Positions 42,388 to 57,200 of a stretch of DNA of 64,000 bases are shown one piece after another (within the stretch, counting starts at the first letter, position 1; the number at the start of each line of letters is the position of its first letter). Under the pieces are notes generated by a model. That model saw nothing but the letters and a program-made list of their open reading frames with translations, was not told the origin of the DNA and did not search any database. The stretch is from contig ADNK01001164.1 in NCBI GenBank assembly GCA_000320545.1, positions 32,279 to 96,278 of the forward strand. Reading direction: 5' to 3'. Source of the stretch: Bigelowiella natans CCMP2755 (lineage: Eukaryota; Protista; Cercozoa). Made by a program: the position numbers and the translations under genes.

Positions 42388-43880
42388 GTCTGCGGTATCA
42401 CTGGGAGGTGATTGCGCACCTGTCACAGCCAGACAATCCGGGCGGTCTTGCAGTTTTAGGAATGGGGCTAGGCACACGCATCCTGGTCCAGGAACTTGTT
42501 GCCAAGCACGCCAATCCAGACAAAATAGTTTTCATCCTCAATCTTTCAAATGTAAAAGCAAACATTACTTTTAACGCGTTCCAGAAACAAAATGACGATG
42601 TTCTCTTGTTTTTTTTGGTTCGAATTTTAGTCTGAAAGGGAAACGATATCCCGATCTTTACTCTCCTCCGGAAGTAAGAAGAGACTACAAGTGATTACGA
42701 GCGATGCCAGCGTTAAAGAACGACAGAAGCTTTATCTATCTGGGGGATGTTTCGCTGTAACTAAGCGGATTCTCATTGTTGATTTCCTCAACGACCTCAT
42801 CCCAGTTGACCTCGTATCTGGCCTTATTATCAACCATGCTCATCGTGTCAAAGAGAATTCTACTGAGGCCTTCATTGTACGGGTATTCAAACGAAAATCC
42901 TCAGGTGGTACATCTTTTATTGCACTTCTTCCGTCAAATAATTCCTTCAGCCCATTCTTGGCGTTTTACCCAAACACATTAGGTTTCATCCAGGCTCTTT
43001 CCGACGACGCTCGAGCATTTGTTTCGGGATTCTCCAAATGTGAAAAGGCAATGCAAAGCCTCATGGTCAGTTGTTAGGATATAGTATGGTTGTTGTATAT
43101 GCTTCATATTAGTTTTTTGCTGATGCTGCTGCTTTAGGTGAAGGATCTTTATCTGTACCCTAGATTCCATGTAACAGTAGGAGAAGATCTTAAACGAGCC
43201 TCTCCAGAGATAGTGGTGTGTGTAGGAGGAGATAGGAGGGATGGGGCGTGTGGGGATGTATGTCTCACGATCTCGTAAACAACCCCTTCAAAGGAACTCT
43301 ACCCGACGTTGAGCACCAAAATGGAACAGATACAGGCAGCCATAGGAGAGGTAGAGTGAGATTATTACTCAGCCTAGTGGCTACCCTCAGACAGATCATC
43401 AGGGAACATTGTTGAGTATTTGTGAATCATCGATAGCCTGTTTTTCATATTGAATCTACGATGCAGGCTATTGAAGAAGCTGTATATTATTGTTGTACTA
43501 TAAGGTACTTATTGCATGTTTAGCGGAGCTCAAAGCAAAGAATAAAGTTGCACTTCAAGGTATTATCATTAACTATCAACCCACACATAAGGATATTTCT
43601 CACACGTATGCACATACGCATAAGAGAAGTATGCATGTGATTATGGACATTTTTAATGCTTAAGCTTCTTCCTTGCTGACGTCATTCCTAATATTTTTAG
43701 TTTGAATGCTAGTTAGCGTCTTCTTAGTGAATTGCATAACTTGCTAGATATAACGAGTGAAGATTGCTTGTTTCGCAACCCTGAATTGCGTGTTCGACAA
43801 GCTCTGCAGCCAACGTAGGAACAACGGATAAACGAAGCCTCTTAAGACATTTTGGGAAAGAAAAAGACAGAGAGAGGGGA

Positions 43881-43929
<49 letters not shown>

Positions 43930-44796
43930 GAGGGCCGATGGCCAAGATCAACATGTTGATGACAGATTTTTGTCGTAAATTTGTGTTGTTGATTGATTAT
44001 TTACATTCTAATTGGTGGACAAGATGGAATCGTGTGACTGCTCATTCAAAGGGGCTTGTGCAAGATCTGGGTCTTATCAACTAACCATTGATACTTATTA
44101 TCTTGCTTTTAATAGCTGTTGCTGCTGCTACTGATAACTGAGCTTGCATAGCTCTTAACGGCCTCAATTTTTGATTAGAGACACCACTACTACGTCCCAA
44201 CTGATGTGAAAAAGAGCCTAACAACAATACAAATTGAGCAGATCGATATTAATCGTTGGAGCAATACTAATAATTATACTGTTATATTGGATATCTCGAT
44301 CAGGAACTCTCTCAGGTCTTCTCACACAATTGCTCTCTTTAGACTCTATCGCCTTTTACGAGCAGGTTTGGATTTATTTTCAATGGGGGGGAGAGTAGCA
44401 TTGACTTCAAGAGAAGAGATCTCAAATTGAGGAAAAAATGGTGAAGGAGAGGAGGGTAGAGCATATATAGAGAAACGATTGTTGAACACATGACATATTA
44501 GCAATTCCAAATAAATAATGCATTGACAGTCTTATCACAGAACAAATGTAATCTATTTTCTTGCTTTACCCCTTGAAATCCTCATAAAAAATGATATTAA
44601 TCCTCATTACAAACGAAAATATATCTGATTTTTTTCGTCCATTATTTTGGTTGTCTATGGCCTGATTTCTTTTTAAACTACTACTACTACTACTACTACT
44701 ACTATTCTTTCTTGCAGCTTCGGAAGATACGATATGAGAATACAAGGCATCGCTCAAGACCTGGAGGCATGAATAGCAGGTGCCTTGTCACAAATA

Positions 44797-44829
<33 letters not shown>

Positions 44830-46346
44830 TAGTAGTGGTAGTAGTAGTGGTAGTAGTAGTAGTAGTCATAGTTGTTGTAGTAGTTGTAATAGTTATAAAG
44901 AAGAATAAACAAAAGAGGAGAAAACTATGAAGAAGAAGCATAAAGACTTATACTTACAAATACAGATTTAGTTTTGGTCGTGGAAGTAGTAGCAGCAGAA
45001 CCCGTAACGATCACCATATGCTGCTACTACAATCATTTATTAGCATTTTTGGTTTTTCCCTAAATAATGATGAATATGTTTTACGTTGTTGTTGATATAT
45101 ACCTGTTACTATTTCTTACTATAGGCTTTGGATGCTCACAGAAGGAGCAGATCGGCTGTTTCGACTTTCACGTGATAGAGTGTTTGAGGTTATTTCTGAC
45201 ACACCGATTACAGCGCCTTTGAAAGGTAGAAGAATTGAAGATGCTCGAGAAGATGTGGGAGGAGGAGGAGGAGGAGGAGGAGGAGGAGGAGGATGAAGTT
45301 CTTTATTCTTAAGGAATGATCACAATGGTGATAGTATCATCATCATCATCATCATCACCACCACCACCATCACACGTTGCTTGTTTTCCCAAAGATCTTG
45401 TACGTCGCGTAAAAAGTCGAGGCGGTGTGAAAAAGGTAGTGCTCATTAAATAACAGCATTATTAATTTGATGTGTGCATTGAGATACCACAGATTAAAGC
45501 ACGATGTCGCAGTATTGCGGAGCTCTGTTATATCACTCACCTCAGCCGAGCTATCTACTTTTGTTTATTCGTGGATTGATAGGCAATTCTTAAGTATCAT
45601 CCCTCCTTCATACGTTTGCTGCTGTTGTATAACTATCAGATTCTTGAGCCAAATCCGAAATGGGAACTTCTTGTCGAGGTTTTGAAAGAAATTGCTCAAG
45701 AGGTGATGTGTTTGCACGAATGAATAGGAGAAGAAACAGAAGAGAAAGAAGAAGAAGAACAACAACACCAACAAAAGGAAATAGCGAATCATGCTTATAA
45801 GAAGACGATAATACTTATAAATCAAAAGGTAAAATCATTTGAAAGAGAACTTAAGAAGGGGGAGGAGGAGGAGGAGGAGAAGGAGAAGAAAAAGGTTGGG
45901 GGGGAGGGGCAGAAGAGTGGTCCTCCTCACCGCCATCGTCGTCGCCGAATTGGGAAAACAGTAATCTTTGCAAGGGACCTGCCAACTTGCGAAAGACTCA
46001 GAAGGTAGCTTGCTTCTCAATAGGGTGCTACTTCTGATGGATGGATGGATGAATGGATGATGATAATAATGATCATAATGTGAATGTGGATGATGATGCC
46101 GACTCTGTTATATTTTGTTTTGCTTTCAATGGCTCGTTCCTTTCCTCCTCCTCCTCCATCATAATCGTAATACCATCCTGCTCAATAATATAAAGATATC
46201 TATCGTCACCTTCGGAATACATGACCTCTACTTGGAAGCAATTCCTCTTAGAGCATCACACCGCCAAATCCAGATTCTCCTTTGATCACACCAAGACGTA
46301 TTCAGCAAAGGAGAGAGAACTTATTGCTCTGAGAGTGGGTCAGTGC

Positions 46347-46377
<31 letters not shown>

Positions 46378-46607
46378 TTGATGATGGTGATGGTGGTGAT
46401 GATGAGGATGATGATGGTGTACAATCGAAATATTTCATCGTCGTGCATTCATCCACACACGCTGATAATGCAAGAACAGAACCTTTTTCTCCTCCGTATG
46501 AAATGAGATGGAGATACGCTGAAAAGTGTGTGAATTTGTGTTTAGGGCTGGACCATGCTGCTGCTGTAGTCGCTACCAAGGAACGACGACAACAAATACA
46601 ACAACAG

Positions 46608-46643
<36 letters not shown>

Positions 46644-47615
46644 ACGAGCTCATCAGCAGCATCGAAGACTCACAATCACAAGGGCGTTGTAGGCTTTGAA
46701 AAGAAGAGACATGAGAAGGTATGGAATATATGTAAATGATGTTTTGCACTAATGGCAATAAGTATTACCCTTTCATATCTCTCCCTCTCTCTCTCCCTCT
46801 CTATCTCTCGCTCGCTCTTCTATCGATATTTTTCCAAGTAGCCAACCTCTACCAACTCGGGAATTTTGGATATGGTGATCGTTGAGGCAGCTTTAGCATT
46901 TGAATGAGCAGGAGCTACCTCTTAGCGACTTCATGGAGAGCGATATGATTACTTTACTGTATTCTTACAGAAGGCTAATACCAGCAACAGCAGTAGCTTG
47001 GGCAAAGATGATTGTGGTACCAACAGTGCTTCTACTTCCACTAGCAAACGGAAGAGTTGTGGAGGGGTAGGAGGAGGAGGGGTAGGAGGAGGAGGAGGAG
47101 GAGGAGGAGGAGGAGGAAGAGGGAACAATAAACGGAAAAAGAAATCAGGTCTGGCCCCACACAATTGTGTGCATCTTATTTTGTGAATGTTTCTCAAAGC
47201 TTGCTTCTCCATTGCGTTTTGTATCTCTTAGAGCAGCATTCTTTGCGTGATGATAATAGATTAAACAATGAAAATTACAGGTAGCAGCACGTCGTCCTCA
47301 TCGTCTCTGCCCCGACATTATGATCATCAATCACAGCGCACAAAACGGCACTCCGCTCTTGATGCTAAAAACTTCTCCTTATCATCGTCATCATCATCTT
47401 CATCACCGAATTCCCCTTCTTCTAAGCAAATATCGGAAGCAAGTGTCAAAGAATTAGTTGTTGTGCAGGTGGAAGATAATGATGGTGATGATGGATGTGA
47501 GGGTGATGAGTTATATCCATTGCTACGATTTTCTTTTTTTTTGAGAATATCGCTCCTTTACTCTTTCTGTACTGATATAATTGAATACAGCAGTTAATTC
47601 TTATATATACACACG

Positions 47616-47675
<60 letters not shown>

Positions 47676-48626
47676 TGTGTGTAATTTATTAGAAATTGCC
47701 TCAATTCTTGATTCACCCTTTTGAAGATGCAGACGGTATTGTCATATTAGTAGGAAGGGGAATGGAGTGAAGATTGATACAACGACGGCAATGACCACAA
47801 TCACTATTCCAACATGTATGATGATGATGCCGTCCCTTGCCATTATTGTTATTCATGTTGCTTTTATGTCATCGTAGGAATCCTTGAATCGTACGAGCCT
47901 GAGTACGTTGTATGCTTTGATGCTGATGTCCGGATATTGCGATTAGTGGGTAAGTAATGTAGATAACATAATGAAAATGGCGATAGCATAAATTGAGCAC
48001 ACCGTTTGCATCTAGCCTACTGTCTATATATCATCGATGATAATCACGCATATATGTAATACTTACTGTTATTCATGCTAGATTAAAATGCATATTTATA
48101 CTCTGCCAATAATATCATCATTCGGTAACAAGCTTAACAAAGACTTCCGCTGCATTCTGTTGATTTTGCGTTGCTTTATTCTTCATTTAAAAGAGGTCTA
48201 CCGAACGACAAGATTTGAGTCCTCATCATCATCTACAGCATCTCCTCCTCCTTCATCGCCTGAAGATCATCATCATCGTCATCATCATCCAGGCGTCAAG
48301 CTCTATTTCCTAGCCCACGATGACAGTGTATGTGTATATGTGCGTATGTTGTGAGATGGTTCTTTGCTGCATGGGATATGTTTGCCGATTTGGTTCTTAA
48401 AATTACTTTTCTTTGCTATTTACATTTTGTTGTCTGATCTCCCTTCACCTCCTCCTCCTTCTCCTAGGTTGAGACCCAACGTTATGAGTCTATCATTAAC
48501 AGGTAAACCACACGCACACAGTAATGAACAATCAAGCAAATTATAAGCAGTGCCTTCTGTATCAAGAGGACCAGTTTAAATTTCCATAGAAAGAATTTAT
48601 TGCTTATCACCACAGCTTTCCTAATC

Positions 48627-48663
<37 letters not shown>

Positions 48664-49314
48664 GTGTAAATGATTGGGGTGGTGGTGTCAAGCAACGATC
48701 TCAATCTTTGTCCTTCTTCGTTTCATGATGGCTATGTTCATCAGGGAACGCAATGCATTCGAGAAACTGATATCTCAGAAAGAAAGATTGATGGTAGTAG
48801 CAGCACCCTAACAAAAACGACGCAGCAGCAGCAGCAACAACAACAAAAACAACAACAACAACAACAAAAACAACAACACAGGCATTCACTACACCAAGTT
48901 TATGTGTCGTCGTCAAATCGTGGAATGAACTTACTTCCACACATACTCACGCTCACACATGCGCGCGCATACCACCCGCTACTTCTCCCCCTCCCCCAAA
49001 GGTTCTGCTGCCGCACATTGAATCATCATCTTCTTCAACAAGGAACGTCAACGACAATGCGAATGCTAGCCAACATAAGAGTAACTATGGAGATGATGAC
49101 GATGGTACAGAACCAATGTAGTAGGAAGAAGACTTGTATATCCATCTGACGATGTATCTTCAGCAGTCATTAAAGCGAAGCATGTGCATGCAAATACATG
49201 CTTCGGTCAAACGCTGCGGCCATTGTGCGTGAATTTGAACAACTTATGTTCCATAAAAATAGGATTCGCTAGATTGCTTCAGGATGATCATTACGACTCG
49301 AAAGTACATCAATC

Positions 49315-49358
<44 letters not shown>

Positions 49359-49425
49359 TTATGTATATCAATAACCATACATTCCGCATCGCACTACGAT
49401 CTGCTATTCATTGCGGTATAACCAG

Positions 49426-49457
<32 letters not shown>

Positions 49458-49679
49458 AATGGTGATATGTCATAATAGGTCATCGTTCAAGCATCATCAT
49501 CAGCAGCAGCAGCAATGACGTATTTTGGAGAATCATCATCTCAAGGACTTGGTACCAGCTCGCTTCAGTATGATGTTGGTAGTAAAAGAAAACGAAGAAG
49601 AAACGACATATTTCCTCAAACATTATGTATATTTTCTTTGTGTTATCCGCTTTTTACCTGTCACTCTTCTCGCTCTCTG

Positions 49680-49729
<50 letters not shown>

Positions 49730-49742
49730 CCATCTCTTCTCT

Positions 49743-49779
<37 letters not shown>

Positions 49780-49903
49780 TATACATTAGGAACACTTGAA
49801 ATGAACGCAATTACGAGGAGGGTAATCCTCTCCCTCCGTACCTTCCACATTTCTTCATTTCTATTCTACATAAAAGCTGTATTCGCCTTTCTCTCTCTCT
49901 CTA

Positions 49904-49940
<37 letters not shown>

Positions 49941-50306
49941 AGGGGGGGTAGAGAGGGATGTCATCCATCCTTATTGAGCATAGCTTTTCATTTGTTTCTT
50001 TCATACATTCACGAAAAATAACGACTATCATCATCATCATCATCATCATCATTATCCGCATCACCATCATCATCGTCGTTGTCATCGTCGTCATCGTCAC
50101 AAACACAAGCATTCTCACGCAGGGAGGAGCAGCTTCCAGACAGCAACGGCGTGTGATTGTTGATGTTCGTGAGTTTCGATCGGGCCTTCCTTTTCAGTTA
50201 TATCAAAAGGGTCTTGAGATCATCCCTGCGACTTTGGAGGTAGGCTAAAGAGAGACGACAAAGAAGCAGGGAAAAAGGGGGTGGAAGAAGAATCTGAAAG
50301 AAATCT

Positions 50307-50347
<41 letters not shown>

Positions 50348-52364
50348 TATATATATAATTTGTGCATGATGCTACATGTGCATACATGCAGGTTGGTGAC
50401 TACATTTTAAGTCCCGAAATAGCGGTTGAGAGAAAATCTATATCTGACCTCAAGGTGTGTATATGCGTGTGTGGTGATGGTTCTGCTGCTGTCTGATGAG
50501 CCTGACGATGAGCATGAGTATGAGGACCAAAACGATATCGATGATACCATTCTTTTGGTAAATAATTTAAATGTTTCGAAGAACTAGAACTTTTCCAGCT
50601 TCTTTGCCATTAGTGTACTATTTTATACCCCCTTCTCTACTATAACTACTGCTACTGCTGCTGATCAATGCTGGATATTAAGGGAGGGTTGGCATCCGGA
50701 AGGTTGCATCATCAGCTTCAGGTAATATAATAATAATGATAATTATAATGATAATGTGTTTTTCTCCAATGCCACTACTACTTCAACTACTATTACTACT
50801 ACTGCCACTGCTCTGCCAACTACTGCTTGCATAGAATGGCTACAAGTGTCAATAAGTCTTATTCGTAATTTCGCCTTTGTCTTCATCATGACTATCATGT
50901 GTACGGAAGGAGTAGTCCTTATCACACTTCTTCATCGCTTTCTTGCTTGAGCAATAATCGTAGTGATTAGCTGTTTATCCCCTTATAAATGAAGGTACTG
51001 TGTCGGACCTACAAACGACCGGTGCTTCTGATAGAATTTTCACGGTAATTAAGGGTGGGGTTGCGTGGATCCAATAGAACAATAATTTACCATTCATTAA
51101 TGCGCGTTTAAGCTATAGTATTTGTGCTTCATTGTAGTTGTGTGTGTGTGTGTGTGTGTGTGATGACGTCTTTCTCGTCGCCTTCCAAGAACTAATGTCC
51201 AACAACACCGTGATAACTACCATCGTCGCTCTGAATGCATGCCTCTGCAGAAATTGGTCTTTCGGATTTGCTGTGAGCTCATACATACAACAAGGGAAAA
51301 GAGACGCGATCAACTTCAATGTAAGTTTGAGGATGATTTATTCATGGTCATCATCATCATCATCATCATCATCATCACCATCATTACTATTATTATCATC
51401 ATCATCTTCTTCTTCTTCTTCTTCTTCTTCTTCTATGTGTATATTTTCTGTAGAAGATGTCCCCGTGTCTATCTAATGAACTGTTGTTATGCACAAAAAC
51501 ATAGGACATAACGTCGAAAATTGCGCTTTTAACGTTGCACTTCCCCACCGTACGACTGATCTGGAGCAAGGGTATTATTCATAACATTTTTCCAAAAATC
51601 AAGAGTATGAGCTTAAATAGCATTCCTCCTGAATATACTCTACTACTACTACTACTACCTCAACTGCTTACACTAATCAGGTGCTGATTTCACGGCGGAG
51701 ATGTTTGACCGTCTGAAGAAGAATGAGCCAGAGCCAACAGTGCGTACGCCGCAACGCATTCTCTTGAACCAATTTTATTGTTGTCCTTTTCAATTAACGT
51801 TGTACCATTGCTTATTATTATTCTTACTTTTAGATGGATGAAGCCATTGCTATTGGCACAGACAAAGACACTGATAATGGCGACGGCGAGCTGCCGCTAG
51901 ATGTGCTTTTACAACTTCCAGGGATAACGGTAATGGTGACCATGCTTCCATGAGTTATATTAAGTATTAAAAGACAATGCGTTCTAGAGTAGAGCTGTAT
52001 CAGTTGTTTAGTACCCATGCCGTTGTTGTTCTGCGAAGATAAGGAGTGCTTATGGGTAGGTATATAATAGCATCAAGGACTTCTTTGAGTGTTCAGCCGT
52101 AGAAGTAACAACTCCTTCACCGCTCTTTAACTTTTCTCCTAGGTGCATAATTATCGGCGTATCGTGAACAACGTAGGAAATCTGCAAGAACTCTCCAGAC
52201 TGACACAGCAGGTTTGTGGCTGCTGCAACTGATAATCGGCTTTCGTCATCAACATTCCTCTTTTTGTATGATAGGAGTTGAGTGATCTTATTGGTCAAAG
52301 TGGGGGACGCAAGCTATATGAGTTTATGCACGAGGAGATGAAACAAACGATAGCATCAATGTGA
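42327..52364 (+). CDS. ERCC4: DNA repair endonuclease XPF (ERCC4/Rad1)
   Basis: GLAVLGMGLG, ERQKLYLSGGCFAVTKRILIVDFL, HAHRVKENSTEAFIVRVF, LYLYPRFHVTV, LEPNPKWELL, nuclease RVIVDVREFRS...LEVGDYILSPEIAVERKSISDL...LASGRL...PVLLIEF, and a C-terminal HhH (LLQLPGIT...YRRIV). Many exons. Confidence 0.96.
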
Positions 52365-53229
52365 TGGATAATATCTGGATTAAGGAGTGATGATTAAATT
52401 TTGTTCAATTCACTAGTAGGCAATAATGATAACGCAATTGTAGATATGCGTGAGAGTGTGGCGAACAGTAGATGTTCATCGATGTAATAATGAGAAGTAT
52501 CTGACATAATACAGTATATAGATTTCGTGTTAAACGATAAACTTCGTGTTTTTGATGAGGCTAGCTAGCTAGTACTAACAATCATGCATGTGGTCTAGTG
52601 GTAGCTACTTGCAACTATCTCATAACAACTACGTATGATATATAGAATCACACAGCACGACGCACGAATAATCGCATAGTGTGCATGAGAGAATTCCCCG
52701 ATGCGAGCCTTGTAATTAGCAGCAAGTGTGTAGCACGCATGATTCATCTTGGCTGCTGCACGATATGCATTACTCATGCCATGTGATAATAAATTATGGA
52801 TTTTACATAGTCCATCTTTTATTTGCCTCGATACGATGTGCGCCAGGAGGCATACTAATATGCAGTATCATTGTACAGATAGATTATGACAATGCTAAAA
52901 TTTCCGGCATGCACGCGTCATCGTGCCATTCTATCTACTAAAGAGTCTACGATGCGTTTAATGCGAGCGTAGTCTTCGCCCTGCCTCACTATAGCGATCT
53001 CATTATTTGCTCTCCTGGCTACTACTTCCTTTGAAGAACCTGGATTACGATCTTTTCTCTTCACCTTGGGAGGAATTAACTCATAAAACGAAATTTCCCC
53101 AGAAAATTTTGGGAATGTTCGGTCTATATAATAGATTGATACAATAATGAAGATTAATACAAACCATGCATCGTTATAATCGGAAACCTACAACGAGATT
53201 ATTACTTTTCATCTCTGGCTTCGGAAGGG

Positions 53230-54121
53230 ATGGTTTTGTCTTGGGATTTGGTGTGGATAACGGTTCCTTTTTGCCCAACAGCACGACTTTCACCTACTCA
53301 CGGTTGCGTAAGGTCAAATAGCCCAAATCAAGACTGCTCACGTTGCGTAAGGTCAAAAAGCCCAAATCAATACTATTCACGAGAATCGTTTCATGTTGCA
53401 CCGTATGATGGGAAATCGTTATCACGTCCCCTAGGTGGAGTTCGACTTCCTTGATCGCTTTACCATTCACCCTTTCAAAATAAAGTGTTATTTCCAGGTT
53501 TTTGGGAAGTGTGTGTTAAAGTATGACTGACTTTGTAACCCCAAGCGAGGAGCTCATGTCTCGTAGAACGCTACCACAAAGACTGCAATGTTGGGAAGAA
53601 ACCTATTCGAACGATCCATTGTGTAAAGAAATAGGCAAGTTTCACAACGTTGTAGAAATGGAAGTGACCAATTTTCCCGGAAGAACTAAGTCGCATCTAT
53701 CTTCCTCTCGACCGATAACAAGCGTTTTCGTCTCCGGAGGGAACAGGACCTTGCGGCCATCAGATAGGAAGAGTGCGAGCCGTGGGAGGGGGGGAGATGT
53801 CGTTGACATTACCCAAGATTACATTCCGTCAACGCTATTATGTGTTTTTCGATCGTGATCGATTTTGTTTAAGATTGTGCAGGTATCCCCTCCCCAAGTC
53901 TCCTTTTTTCCCTTCCCCTCTTTCCCCCCTCTCCGCGTGCAGTTCCGACCAACCGGTACGGATTACAAGGCTTGTCGCAGAATATAAAATAACAGCACAT
54001 TCTCTACTTTTGGTTGTCGCAAGGGCTAAATATCCTCGTATCCCCCCCACGCGTCACAACCAAGCATCCGAAAATCCACTGAGCCCACTAAAAATATTAT
54101 GATGATTTAGCTCCTGCGACA
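53230..54121 (+). mobile_element. 3' remnant of an LTR retrotransposon (internal end, polypurine tract, ~324-bp LTR)
   Basis: Polypurine tract GGGAGGGGGGGAGA (53784-53797) lies directly before TGTCG (53798). CGACA at 54117-54121 forms the terminal inverted repeat, and there is an internal TATAAAA (~53983). The stretch is microsatellite-free. No second LTR is seen and the 5' boundary is uncertain. Confidence 0.5.
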
Positions 54122-54508
54122 AGCGGATCGTGATGTCGTTTGTCGGTGTTTATCTGCGATCGTGGTACAAATGAATTCATCTCGATCGCTCTTGGTCTTA
54201 ATTGGGTGCATGGTGCCTTTTGTTGGGAGAGTCACGAGGAAGAAGAATGCCAATCACATGATGATCATGATGATGATGATGATGATGATGAGTTCCGACA
54301 CCTGAATCGACGTGTCCCTGGCTGCAGACATATACGCAGCACTCAAAACTGAAGGATTCCAGTGATTTGGTACAACATACCCTGTGACACACACACACAT
54401 TGAAAGGAACGCTGTGTGTGCTGCATATGTGAATGCATATAGTATGTCATTGGCAATCAATAGTCAATATTGGATGTTATAAAAATATTATTCTCTTTGC
54501 ACCGCCCA

Positions 54509-54551
<43 letters not shown>

Positions 54552-54565
54552 CATATTTTGCAGCT

Positions 54566-54767
54566 ATGGCTCCGACCGGAGGAGGAGCGGGAAGAGTTGC
54601 ACTATGGCTCGCGACGCAATTTGATAGGATGCTCGACTTTGTAACTCAATACGAAAAAAGAATCAAATACTTAGCTTCTTCGTATTTCTTATGCATAATG
54701 TACTGTGTTGATAAGCTCCCTGCAAAAAACCATGTACATACTAGCACATTCGAGGAAGTTTGGTGTA

Positions 54768-54804
<37 letters not shown>

Positions 54805-54884
54805 TATGTAATTGATATTCTTATCGTTATACATATCGTATTCTGCAGCATGTTTTTGGTTGTAGCTGCAACTACTTTGTTCTT

Positions 54885-54934
<50 letters not shown>

Positions 54935-55241
54935 TGTGTGTGTCCTATTATCTGGACAGTGTTTGGAACATTGCAAATGTTGCGAGTCGATGATGCTGTA
55001 TATGGGGGCCCCTCTGGTAAAAAGAAATACAATGCCGACATTGTGGATGGTGATAAGAACAGTGTTAAACGCTATGGTGATGATAGAGTGAGGCAGCACT
55101 GACAGTTGATAATAATATAATAACCCTGCTGTTTCCAGGTTGTCTTCGGCGTGTTACTGATTGTATCAGTGATAAAAATCGGCATGTACGATGTTTTACC
55201 GTTGGTGGTAACTCCATATTCCTTCGTACATTGGGTATATA

Positions 55242-55286
<45 letters not shown>

Positions 55287-55633
55287 CAACCATTGCATTA
55301 GCACAATAAAATACAGCAGCAGCAACAATATTTATGTTAAACAAACGGAAGGAGAGTCTAAAGGAAAACATGGTGCGAATAATAAAAAGAAGGTGTATGA
55401 TCACCAACCATCACCGCCATCTTCATTATGTATGATTTAGCACTTGATTTTTGGTATGAACAACTGGAAATATAGGTGCATATTATGTGGGCGATGCTAC
55501 TGTCAGTAAACGTGCTCTGGAACTACTACATGGGTGTTTTCACGGATCCTGGCAGTCAATATTCAGACCACTATAAACGTCTGTGCAAAGAGGCTCGAGA
55601 AATGGGATTGTTACAGGAAGAACAAGATCAAAG

Positions 55634-55664
<31 letters not shown>

Positions 55665-56010
55665 CAAGGGGGTGGGAGGAGGCGGCGTCGGCAGCATTCT
55701 AGCAGCCATCAGGAGCACCACTCTTATTGGAATAATAGGGTTGTATGTACTAACAAGCAGCCTTAGATATCTAGTATCAGCCTAGATGTGTATTGTGAAT
55801 CACCGTGACTTTGTTTGCTAACATGCGTTTTGTTTTGCACTTTGACCAAATTATCTACTCACTAGCATCGCCCCTCCCTCAGCAGCCACAATCACTACTA
55901 CTACTACTACTACTACTACTATTTCATTTTTACATCCCTTATCTCTAACAGCCGTTGATGCCGTGGGATTGGACAAAATGTTCCAAAACAGGCCTGGTGA
56001 TCATAATATT

Positions 56011-56050
<40 letters not shown>

Positions 56051-56363
56051 GAATACCATATTCAATGAATAGCATTTGTTATTATGTTGGGTATATGTAT
56101 GTGTTGTTACTATTGGCTAAAGGCCAAGGCTCCTCGATCTCACTTTGATAAAGTCACCAAAAGGGTCAGCCACTCGCCTTTCACAAAGAACAACACGACC
56201 TACTTATCCTCCTTCCCCCTCCCTCCTCCGTCCTTCCTCTTCTCTTCCTCCTTATTCGTAATACTACTACTACTACTACATCACCATAAATATAAGTGCT
56301 ATTCTTTCAATTGGGAAATGAACTTGAGTACTAGTATCAATTCGTTGCGTTTTTCATGCATCC

Positions 56364-56404
<41 letters not shown>

Positions 56405-57169
56405 TGTTTGACGCCACGCACGCTCCTTCTCAGCATGATCTTCATAGCTCGATATATATTAGTATCCTAAGTCGTGCTCTCTCCCAACCATTGTTACTTT
56501 CCGTGTTGTGGACATCATTGTCATCTTCATCATTTTCCTTCTTCTACTTGTTGTTTTTCTTCTTCTTCTTCGTTGGCCATCCATCATCGGATATTTTCGG
56601 TTGTAGCTGGTGCTTCAGATGGATCATTATTGCCCCTGGTACTCTGTATTGATATGTATTCTTCTTCATGGACGACGATGATGAGGATGATGAGAATGAT
56701 GTGATTGTAATAAGGGGAGACTACAACGATTATATCTATCCCCAACTGTTCTTTATATACCTTCCAGTAATCTTTTTCAACCTATCTTGGCCATGAGCTA
56801 TATGATTCAGGATCGTTATGACTCCTCTTTCTCGCTCAAAACACTTTCTTTCACCTCTCGTCACCATGTCATCGCTATTGTCTATGCTCATTGAATCCCC
56901 TCCCCCCCCCCCTCTCCCCACAAGGCTGTTCAACACTGTTGGGTGGGCGAATTATCGCTACTATCTGATGTTCCAGTTTCATCTAGTTACTTCAACTCTG
57001 TATATAATTATCATGACAGCAAGGTAGTAATAATGATAACAAATAGTACTAGTAGTAGTAGTAGTAGTAGTAGTAGTGGCAGTAGCATTAGTCCGAAGAC
57101 TAAATGAAATCTTATCCACTTGCATCATCTAGCTATGTGATAGTAAACAGCGTATTCTAAGTGATGACA

Positions 57170-57200
<31 letters not shown>

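Noticed and set aside
53300-53381. 39-bp direct repeat as a possible CRISPR array
   Set aside because: Two adjacent copies, no spacers, no cas genes, eukaryotic context.
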